Origin: Lepidodermella squamata
Taxonomy: Eukaryota > Animalia > Gastrotricha
Assembly: GCA_047495785.1 (NCBI GenBank)
Contig: JBLDXI010000009.1
Coordinates: forward strand, 4,650,001 to 4,714,000
Reading direction: 5' to 3'
DNA length: 64,000 nucleotides
Shown here: positions 51,001-61,646 of the stretch, piece by piece
How positions within the stretch are numbered: the first letter of the stretch is position 1
How the letters are laid out: every line of letters starts with the position of its first letter
Program-made: the position numbers and the translations under genes
The notes under the pieces: generated by a model
Database searches by the model: none
What the model saw: only the letters and a program-made list of their open reading frames with translations
What the model was told of the DNA's origin: nothing

Positions 51001-54000
51001 CACGCAGTCCGATTCTTTGGGGCTCGCTAATACAATTCAGCTATTCAGAATGTTAATTGCGTTTAGTAAAGTATTACTGGATCTTATCATCATAAGACTT
51101 GAGGCTAGGGATGTGTTTCTGCCCTTCCAGGTGCTCCAGAATAGCCCCCTCTCCCATGAGTTTGCGCCTACAATTCCATTCATGTTAGCATCAGAGCAAT
51201 CAGGATTGACTGAGTCCGCGTTTGTTGGCACTTTGAACCACCACGCGCCTGGTCGTTTCGTAGCACATGTGCGACCTTTAGGTTGATCGTATGCCTGGAA
51301 TGGTTGGTTATTCGAAGTCGCCATGGAATCACCCTGATCATCCCCATTCATCGCGGAAATTGATAGCGTGTAGTTGGTTGTGTCCAACAGTGAAAATCCT
51401 GTATAAACTGCCGATCGCTGGTCCCCTGTAGAGTCTTCCAAAACAATGATTAGCATATAGTTCAGGCTAGTAACAGCCGCATTTGTGAGTTGATAGATGA
51501 TCGAGTTGCCGATGTAATGCGAGCCATTGGGGTTTCCGAACCCAGCTTCGTAGTCAGCCCATGTTTTATTGAAGTCCAATCCATCATTTTTGTTGCGTTG
51601 AATCACAGTAAAGCCACCACTGTGGGCTACCATTTCACAGAAAACAGATACTGGCCCAGAAGATCCAATCGGATGAATTTGGTATACACCGCTCGGGGCG
51701 TGAGCATTGCTTGCAAGAATGTCATCGCAATCTAATGGCTTTGGGTTACCTTGCGCTGAAAGCCGCGCGATAAGATGTAGAAAACCAAACTAAGTGACAT
51801 GAAGCTAAACTAACTCGGTAAGGCGTCCTGTGGTTTGTTCCTTCGAATCATCATTTTCGTCTTCGTCATGCCAACGTATTCGCTTTTGAACGTATTGTAA
51901 ATTGGCATTTGCCCCAATGCAGTCGCGCCGTATAATCTAATTAATAATGATCATAATTGTTTTCATGAAATCTGACATCCCCACACCTACTTACCCATTA
52001 AAGTTGACAGACTGGCAAGATTTATACCTGCAAAATATGGATACGCCGATTATCAATTGAAAACTTGATGGCAGTGCGCGAAGAAGGATTCTCGAACTAA
52101 GGCTATTTTTGGGCAAAGATATATGACCGAAGGTTCTCCTGTGGTTTTTGGGGGGTTTTACACCTTGGCCTTGAAACTCGGGGTTTCACTACCTCGGTAC
52201 TTCGCTCACTGCATGATGGTGCGAAATCTCTCAAAATCAACAATGATGAAAGCGGAAAAAATGGAGAAGGACTAGATCAGAATATGAAGACCCAAAATGG
52301 GTACTTAAAGGGTCAAGACTTACCACCAGGCACCTTTGAATGTAACTGAGCAGTTACCCCAGATCGAATAGTCCTGATCATATGTACTAAAGGCGTTATC
52401 AAAGTGGTACGTCATTGCATCTCCTGTCGAAAGAGATTAGGAAAAGAGAGGCATAGCAAATTCTCTACTATGCTTTTAACAAACCAGCGTTTCCACCCAA
52501 ATAGCCACCAGATCTGAGTCTGTATTTATCAGTTTCATCTTCAACGTAGAAGTCCCTATACATAGCGGCGCCATGACTGTCATCAGGTGCCACCATATAA
52601 AGTCCAAGGACGCTATTGTAGTTCAGCGCAGTCAATCGGCGAATGTTATCGTTTCCCAGCCAGAAATTTGTGCTAATGTTCCCAAAACCAGCTTTATAAT
52701 CAGCCCAACCACGGTAAAAATTTGTTGAGCCATCGATGCGCTTCTGGAATACAGTCCAGCCGCCTCCGATACTTGTCATGTCGCAATAAACTTGCATTGA
52801 TGGAAATGAAGGGGGATAGATCGTGTAAACCCCATCGGGTGATGTCCGGTCTCGCATCAGGATATCCTCGCAATCCACGGGTGGCATGTTCCATATGTCT
52901 AAATTGGATATAGCTTGATGAATTTTTATATTTTAAACCATTTGATTCTCACCGCAGTTTGAACCGTAACTGCTCTTGTAGCCAACAGGGCACGTGCAGG
53001 TTGACGCACATTGTCCTATGCCCGACGTGACGCAACCAGTGTGAGGAAGGCATATCCAAATTTTAACAGTCATGGCAAAATTGATGCTCGTGTAATTCTT
53101 TGGCCACAAGTGCAGTCCTGAAGTGCGGATATTCGGGCATAGTCTGGATGTGACAGAACTGGCACCGTTGTACCCAGGAAATAGCTAAAGAAGCAGCATT
53201 GGAATTACGACAATCACCCGAAAGTTTATGCTAACCTTCAAAGGTGACGACCAGTCATTCTGATCAGTTAAGACGGGATAGTAGAAGTTGCCTAGCCTAG
53301 CCTGCTTCACGTAGAAGGAAATTGCGTAGGAAGTAACATAGCCCGCATAAAGGGTTCCTTTCCCAACTTCGATTGTGGATACCGTGAACTCGTATGGCAA
53401 ATTTACAGTCAAAAATAGCCTGTTGTCGGGGTTCACCGGAGCCCAGCCAAGTGGCGTTACAGCATAAGAGCCGTTACCGGTCGACCCAACGAGGCCACAC
53501 CACGACATTGCTGTCAGTTCTATCTTGTCACATCCTACCGAAAGGCTGGTATAACCTCGCCTGTGCTAGGAAATCAGGTTACTTACGGGAAGAAACTGAA
53601 AAAATTAGGTTGCTATATGAATCAAATTTGCTATTGAAAGTCTAATCGGGGTACCTGTTTCGCAGTATCTGCCGCTAACTCCGAACGGACAGCTGCATTG
53701 AGTCACCCAGCCCACAATGATGCAAGTACCGCCATTTGAACACCACGGATAATCAACGCCGTTCGAAGAGCATATGCTCGTTCCTTTGTGTTCCTCGTCT
53801 AATTTTACATCGCTTCCCCGTCAAATGTAGCCTACCTGTCAATGAGCAAGCTGGCCCAGTATAAGGAGCAACACAGTAGCATAGCCCATTCGTACACGTT
53901 CCACCGTTTGCGCACTCTGAGTTTTGTGTACAAACTGCATTAGAAAAATAATCGGCTAAATTCGTTTCAATATCATTTGTTGACTTCTCACGTTTCGAGG

Positions 54001-56146
54001 TTTGCGTGTCACAAATAGCTCCCATCCAAGTAGGCGCACACGAACAACTGTCAGGCGCCGAACATGTGCCACCATTTTGACACGGTGTATGGCAAACGGC
54101 TATTTGTTAGCAATATCAATACCATGCTATAAACTACTAAAATCTGAAAAGAGATTACGAGTGGTGCAGTTGGATCCCTGCCATTGTCCGGTACAAGAAC
54201 AAGTAGAAGGCCCTGTGCAAGTTCCCCCATTCGAGCATCCTCCAGGGCACGTGAAGGTACCACAAGTTGGACCTGTCCAACCGGTGGGGCATGAACAGGT
54301 GTTTGGGGCCACGCAGGTGCCTCCATTTTGGCAAGGAGACGAGCATATTGCTAAAAATGACACAATTTGTCTCAAAATTAACTCCATTTTCGCCTTTTCT
54401 CACGAGTAGTGCATCGAGTTCCCGTCCAGCTCGCGGTGCAGTTGCAGTTCAACTGGGCATTACAGGTTCCACCATTGGAGCATGCAGGCGAGCAGACAGG
54501 AGTGGCACAAGTTGGACCCGTCCAACCCACAGGGCAGGAACAGTTGTTTGGGGCCACGCAGGTGCCTCCATTCTGGCAAGGAGACGAGCATACAGCTGAA
54601 AAATGAAGCCATTGGCCCAAAAATTAACCACAGTTTTCGCCTTTTCTCACGAGTAGTGCATCGAGTTCCCGTCCAGCTCGCTGTGCAGTTGCATGTTAAC
54701 TGGGCATTACAGGTTCCACCATTGGAGCATACAGGCGAGCAGACAGGAGTGGCACAAGTTGGACCCGTCCAACCCACAGGGCAGGAACAGTTGTTTGGGG
54801 CCACGCAGGTGCCTCCATTCTGGCAAGGAGACGAGCATACAGCTGAAAAATGAAGCCATTGGCCCAAAAATTAACCACAGTTTTCGCCTTTTCTCACGAG
54901 TAGTGCATCGAGTTCCCGTCCAGCTCGCGGTGCAGTTGCAGTTCAACTGGGCATTACAGGTTCCACCATTGGAGCATACAGGCGAGCAGACAGGAGTGGC
55001 ACAAGTTGGACCCGTCCAACCCACAGGGCAGGAACAGTTGTTTGGGGCCACGCAGGTGCCTCCATTCTGGCAAGGAGACGAGCATATAGCTGAAAAAAGT
55101 AAAAGTCTCAAAATTGACTCCATTTTTTGGATTTTCCTACGAGTCGTGCATCGTGAACCCGTCCAGTTCGCTGTGCAGTTGCATGTTAACTGGGCGTTAC
55201 AGGTTCCACCATTGGAGCATGCAGGCGAGCAGACAGGAGTGGCACAAGTTGGACCAGTCCAATTTGCTGGACATGAGCACGTGTTCGGCGCCGTGCAGCT
55301 CCCGCCATTCAAGCACGGACTCGAACAAACGGCTGATAAACAAGCCACAATATTATATTTTACAACGCTCACACTGTAAAGGAGGTGGGTTACGAGGACG
55401 TAACAAATATCGAAAAGGGTAACGTTGAAAATTTAAAAATCTACCCAGTGCAGGCTCATTATTGCACCAAAACTCCGCTCACGATCGCTCAGAACTTTAA
55501 CGAAACCATTCTGGTGATTTCAGCTTTAAGTTACCTGATGTACACGCTGACCCAGTCCATCCTGCAGTGCAGTTGCATGTTAACTGTGAAGTGCAGGTAC
55601 CATTGTTTTGGCAGGGTGTCGAACAATTGTCTGTGATAATGAGTAATAACGAAAAATCTGAGTGTGGAATGCTGAGCTAACATAACTCGCAGAAGCGCCC
55701 AGTGTAAGTAGGAGGGCAACGGCATGAAGCGCCGTTACTACTTGGTGAGCAGGTTCCACCGTTTTTACATTCGGGAAGGTTGACAGTATTTGGCTCGCAA
55801 AATGGCCCGTCTGCATGATGCCTTGATAAAATTAAAATTAAAACGAAAACTTTCACTAACTATTAAGCGAGCAGTCAGAGTTTCCCCACGGCACGGGGCA
55901 ATGACATAATCGCGCGTCTGGCGCCATGGCGCCGGGGCCGGGTCTCCTCGTGGTGGTTGTCCCCGGCCCAGGTTGCGTCATGGCGAACATACACTTTCCC
56001 CCATTTCTGCAATCACTATCAGAAGCGCACGACGGAGGACACACGGCTCCTGCGAAAGCAAAAAAAGTTATCCAAGTGATTTTTTTCTATAAATTACCAG
56101 GAGGTCCAGCGGCGAGCAATATCAAAGTTACGCACAGAATATACAT
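42073..56146 (-). CDS. Giant polycystin-1-like (PKD1L) protein: signal peptide, ~25 EGF, F5/8-C, four fibrinogen-C, PAN, four Sushi, degenerate GAIN, TM1, PLAT, polycystin channel region; roughly 3,900 aa (estimate)
   Basis: About 30 exons from [14 protein letters not shown] (56146) to TGA (42073); every junction I checked keeps frame (not all were checked). FReD motifs [22 protein letters not shown] signatures PNTIEF before TM1, [54 protein letters not shown]. Confidence 0.85.
52072..52211. mobile_element. 140-bp hAT-like MITE inside a polycystin intron
   Basis: Ends CAGTGCGCGAAG and CTTCGCTCACTG (11/12 inverted match); flanks CTTGATGG and CATGATGG (7/8, consistent with an 8-bp TSD). Confidence 0.7.
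54387..55333 (-). repeat. Tandem exon+intron repeat, four units, period 247/247/~243 bp, each encoding two EGF domains
   Basis: CGCCTTTTCTCACGAGTAGTGCATCG recurs at 54391, 54638 and 54885; two introns are identical; a fourth, more diverged unit at ~55139-55333. Confidence 0.95.
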
Positions 56147-56935
56147 CCTCGAATGTGTTTCGTTGTTTCGGAAGAACAAAATTTTGTCTTTTATTCGTTA
56201 TGAAATACCAGCTTAGAACCCTTGACAACAAAATTTCGATTCGCCCCTGTCTATGGGACAATCCATAATTTTGTCATAAATTTTGCATTACTGCGTCTCT
56301 CTGACCGTAACTTCCCGCCTCCGATAACAGCTGTACATTTTTAATTACGCCATTGTTTCGTCGCATTTACAATTTATCAGCTGTAAGGTCCAGGGATCTC
56401 TTAACCCTTAACATTTTATAACATATCAATTCTACGACGCAATACGACATGTTTAATACCATTTTCACAAAATGGCCGCTTCATTTTTTATGCCCGTAAC
56501 TTCTCTGTCCGGTTTTCCAGCATTGCCATCCTTCGCAGCGCCGTTCGTTCTCACGCTATTAGGCTCTGAAATTTCTGCTGGATTATTAACATTTCAGCAG
56601 TATTGACAGCCTGTTCGGATCCATGCAAGACCGCCCTGAAATGTTATTTACGAATGCAGGTCGCATATAGCTCGCACAGCGAATTGATCGAAAGATCAAA
56701 TTCCTGCCTCTTTGTTTGACCATTTTTTGGCTGCGATCAGGTGCGCAGCAGTAATGCATAATAATTGTAGCTCAATGCAGACACTTATTTGCGCATTGAC
56801 TATATTAGCCCGTACATTACTTGCGCATTAACACTCACGCGCGGACCTTTTCAGCCAGAATTGTGTGCATGAACCGGAGAGCTTCGCATCTGAGCTATTG
56901 TAGTGAATTGTGTTGCTGCTCTTTGATTTTTATGA

Positions 56936-57336
56936 TCCCAATGTTGTAGACCAAAAACTATGAAGGCTTGAAAGATTCTGTGAATTGTGCTAAACTCAGC
57001 ATTGTCAAATTACCTAGAAACCATTAAGTAAAGAATGACGAAGATCTATTGAGACTCCCAGTATGAAGATGATCTCTGTTAAAGATCATTCGTTACTAAA
57101 TCGCGTACGGAGAGTTTGAAAATCAATAATAGAAGCTTCCAGGAGTTATTGTTAGAGATCCAGATAGATCACTATCACCGGAGAGACAAAAAGTCGATTT
57201 TTCTGACTTGTCGACTTATTAACTGTTTCTAGGTAATTAGACTGTGCAGCGCAATTTACAGAATCGTTCTAGCCTTCATAGTTTTTTATCTACAACTTGG
57301 GGAGCGCTAGACGACGCCGCGGCGTCGCGCGCGCTC
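56936..57336. mobile_element. Foldback/non-autonomous element with ~90-bp imperfect inverted repeats and an adjacent GC-rich hairpin
   Basis: ~56936-57030 (GTTGTAGACCAAAAACTATGAAGGC..AATTACCTAGAAAC) is inverted at ~57216-57303; hairpin GAGCGC..CGACGCCGCGGCGTCG..GCGCTC at 57302-57336. Confidence 0.6.
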
Positions 57337-58367
57337 GTTGCCCAACGAATGAACAAATCGTTGCTATTGTAAACAAAACATTTTTTTTTATTTTAATTTC
57401 TTTATTTTAATGTTTTAATTTGTTTTTAAATACAAAATTAATTTACTGTGAAAAAGTGAAGGAAACAATGCGAACTTTGAATTTACCGTCGTTTCTGTTC
57501 GCGGCCGTTTTACTCGGGGAATTCCAAATGTGCCACCCTGAAAGCAATTTTCGCAGAAAAAGTGAGGAACGTATGAAAACAACCTAATGCAAGCTTCACT
57601 TCATATATATATAAGGCATTGAACATGCCATCGACCACAGACAACGAATTCGGCTTGATGGCAGGCTTAATAGAAGCTTTTGACAATATACTTTCGGCGT
57701 TGATTCTATTATTCTATCGTCTTGGTAGTAATGCATCAAAAGGTTTCGCAGCGATTTCAAATCTTCTTCTACATCAGGGTGCGAAGTACCGGGGTGCTGG
57801 GGTGTCGCGACACCCCAGCTCCGAGACCCAAACCAGAGAAAGGCTGAAATGGTAGAAATATTCTTCGAGAGAGAATCAAAGAATATGCATGTATTTTTCA
57901 TTTCTATCCAGACTCATTAATCTCGACTATAAGAGCTAATGAATTTCCTGAAAAAAACACGAAAAACCCCGATCATTAGAAATCATTGCTTATTCAGATC
58001 CTGGTTGCTGACAAAACAATTCTTTCAAGCTTGTATCCTGCCCGGCGGAAAAATTGTTACTTATTTTTATATGGCATGTTGGAGCTTGGAACGATTCCAA
58101 AATAATTACAACGGTTAACCTTAGATCTATCGTCTATTATGATTACGATTCACGATGGTAGCAGATACACCATTCTTTCGTCTCAATGAATCGATAATCG
58201 TTGGCTGTCGGCTGCACGTTTTTTTTCATGCAGAAGAATACGGTGATATGAATTTTCAAGCAGTCCCTTTATAGCCATTTGTCGAGAAATTATCGATTTT
58301 GATTTCCCACAGTGCAACGGGTAAGGTTCAGATTTAGAATTAAATTTCCGTGATTTGATCCCAGCAA

Positions 58368-59944
58368 ATGTATCTGCCTCTTTTATTTGTTTCTCATTTT
58401 TTCATATCTGGCTCGATGTTGGGCACTGATTTGACCTACCGGCCGTCGCAAGAAGTACCTACGGAAGACGTTTTGTGCGAATTCTTGTCCCGAAACTGTC
58501 CGTATCTTACCAGTAAACGCGCCCTGCCATTCCTCCCGAACCAAATAGAGCCGAAACGGGTGAATGTTCAAATTTCATTCGTCTTTGTCAAACTTCTATC
58601 CCTGGACGACTTGTCACAAACGTTTGGGCCTTGAATTGCTTTGTTTATTGTTTAGTTCATTTGCGAATTTATTTCTATGTCCAGGCTGTCTTTACAAGTT
58701 GATCTGCGAACATCGTGGCAGCTCCCTAGATGTGCGGTTTGGGCTGGTTTGAAAGATTTTGGCAATTTAACGCTGAACAGTGTCATGGGGCGCGATAGGT
58801 CGGGCAATCTTCAACAGTGCTTGTATCCGAAGAAATCCATGTTCCACCCACTCATTCTGCACATGAACAGTGTGTCGGACACCTACTACATTGAAATGTT
58901 AGAGTATGCTATTAATCACTTAATGAAACTGCTATTGACACAATGTGGGATAGCCTTTAGATACTACGAACTGATCCGAAGCTTCAGTTATTTTTCGGTA
59001 TTAATCCAATTTTAATTGAAATACTGGTTTTTAATCTATGGTTTAACATTCTTCTGCCCTTGGACCTTAGACATTCTGGAAACTTCCCTCACGGGTTCTC
59101 TAAGTTATATTATCGATGTCACGCATGTTACAGATACTATATAGTGCAGAAAAATGTTGTATTCTACAGATCTGGAAACGAAGATATTCAAGTCAACTCT
59201 ACTGGCACAGCAATGATGATCAACAAAAATCGGTTAGACTGCTCCTGTTCTTTCGAGTAAGCCCTTACTGCATTTTCCCATAAATAAGCCTAATATTGCA
59301 TCATATGTTATAGCTTCACGCTTTTTCCTTTCGATTTACAAGTCTGCTCTATCCAGCTATCAGCTTTCAACGAATTGCTTAATATAACGAGGGTAGAAGG
59401 CAGATTCCTAAACTTCACCAATTTCGTTGACTCTTCCGATGTGTGGCTGCTAAGAGGCTCAAATTGCTACCCGTCTTATGAGGACAATATTTTCTCCGAA
59501 GCAGTATGCGAGTTGACATTCCAACGAAAAGCTATGTACCACGTTCTTGTTATAATAATGCCGATGATCCTGCTAGTCATCCTGATTCTAGCCACCTTCT
59601 TAATGCCTGTAAAATTTCCCGATAGAGCAAACTTCGCCATCACCGTCTATCTAGCACTTAGCGTGTCTCTTAGCTCCTGCATCAGCAGCTTACCTAAAAC
59701 TTCAGAACCAGTCTATGTCGTCTATTACATCGGCGCCTTGCTGTGTATCAGCACTTGTGTGACTATCTACATGCTGCTGTCGTGCAATCTGGCTCGTAGG
59801 AAGAGCTACAACCAGTCGATATGCGGAATCGGCGGGTTGATCTTCTGTAAAATCGATTTGATAGATATGACCTGTTTCGCTTTGTCAACCGCTTCCGTCT
59901 TCATTGCAAGCGTGGTGTTCTTTAATGCCGTGGTTCCTGAATAA
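58368..59944 (+). CDS. Cys-loop channel subunit, family B, copy B3
   Basis: Exons 58368-58621, 58685-58897, 59170-59256, 59314-59944, same intron positions as B1/B2. Cys-loop CSFDFTLFPFDLQVC; MPVKFPDRANF; closest to B1. Confidence 0.9.
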
Positions 59945-60827
59945 AGATGGCACACCTTTTAGCCAATAAAAATGAGGTACAAGCGCTATCAAATTTATTT
60001 AAATTAAACTGTTTCCATGGCAGTGGAATTGCACAAAAATGGTCATTATTATGTCATCGCCTTGACATTATTTGGCTCAAGTACTAAGAGCAAAAAAACA
60101 TGATTAGTATCCGGTTCTGGCTACTCATTGTCCGTGTTGTATTAGCTTGAAAAAGTACATTTGTGAAACAACAAGCCTTGATATTCGACCGAAGTATAAA
60201 CGGGGCTAGGTCCGACGTTTGAGCAGTTTGTTTTGAACAATGCAGATGGGTTAATAAGCTTCCAAGCTTGAATAGATTAGTGACAATGCTGTGCTCTGTT
60301 TTCAAAGTAACGTTAACAGCTAATTTAACCATATTTTGCCTCGCTCAGAATCTGAATCGCGCCGATATTGCGTCGCCCATAGTTGGTGCAAACAGGAAGC
60401 GGATTTCACAATGGTGAAGTGAACAAGCATACCTCGTACTCGGCCTGAAACAGCACAAGGAAACAGTAAGAGAGTTATCATTAGATGGTTAGCTTTCAAA
60501 TTCCACCTTTACTATAAAAAGTAATATGAAAAGCGGTGACTCGTTTTCAACATTTACTCGCAGTTTTTTTTTATGAAATGTTGTTTTCCATTTCTCTATG
60601 TCTGCCGGCATTGCCAGCATTATGGCCATGAAATGTACCTGGACCGAACTATTGTTTCACATTTCAAAATTTATTCCAAGCCACGGAGCATTGATCAACT
60701 ATCCGGCAGACACTCAAAGTACACAAATAAGGGCCCAGTTACAAGTCAATTTCGTAAACAAGGCGCGAATAGGCATGATTTTCGATAACACTAATTCTCA
60801 GCTAGATATCCCAGTATAAACGGCCAA

Positions 60828-61646
60828 TCAATATATAGTGCATTTTGTAAAGATCATGCCGTTGCTCTCCACTGTAGCGGTCTTCACTGACGCGCGGTAC
60901 ATACTTGAGCAGCAGGAGTTGAAGCTGTCATATGACCCAATAACCTGCAGCATAACTGATGAGTATACCAGCGTTCATGTGTACATTTACAAAACTTACC
61001 GGAGTGGAGCTGTTTTTACCGTAATCGGGCATATCATAGCAAGCGTATTTCGGGCTTTCATAAAGCATGTGATATGTCTTGGCGTTCGGATCTTTCGGAT
61101 AACACACGGCAACGTCGAATGATTTGCCATTGCTATCGCGTGTCTTTGCACCGTAGAACACAGTTGTATTGAGAGACGAGCAGCAAGCTTCCCAACTTGG
61201 ATAGACAGTTTCGGATGATGGGCTCTGTTTTAAGGTCATGATTTTCATCTTGGAACAACAGTGTAATCCCTCGCTCACCTCGCTCAAATTCTGAATTGTG
61301 CCGACTGAGCACGTCCCCAATCTGGTGCATACAGGCAGCGGGTTTCCGTTGGGTGGATTGAAAGTGCATACTCGAAACTGGTCCTGAAAATAAGAAGAGG
61401 ATCGTTGTAAAGAGTCAGCTCTCGAGGATAAAATATGTAAACAATGGCTTGCATGAGAACAAAGAAAGCCCAAGTTTTCTTGAAAATTGGTCTGTTCGTT
61501 CGACTCACCGGAGGCGGAGCAGGAGTTGGCGGAGGAGCTGGAGGAGGGCATGTGGACTGGGAGATGTATTGATTTGACGGAGGGCAGCTGAGCAGACCCT
61601 CAAATGCTGCGACAATAATCGAGATTGTGAGCACAACTTTAGCCAT
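60828..61646 (-). CDS. Small secreted Cys-rich protein of unknown family
   Basis: Signal peptide MAKVVLTISIIVAAFEGLLS, Pro-rich linker, phase-0 introns 61384-61508 and ~60946-60999; last exon VIGSYDSFNSCCSSM..KCTIY*. Confidence 0.7.

Noticed and set aside
53753-55636. Plus-strand repetitive ORFs ([12 protein letters not shown]..) and a possible CRISPR-like array
   Set aside because: Antisense shadows of the EGF exons; the 247-bp period is exon plus intron, with no unique spacers.
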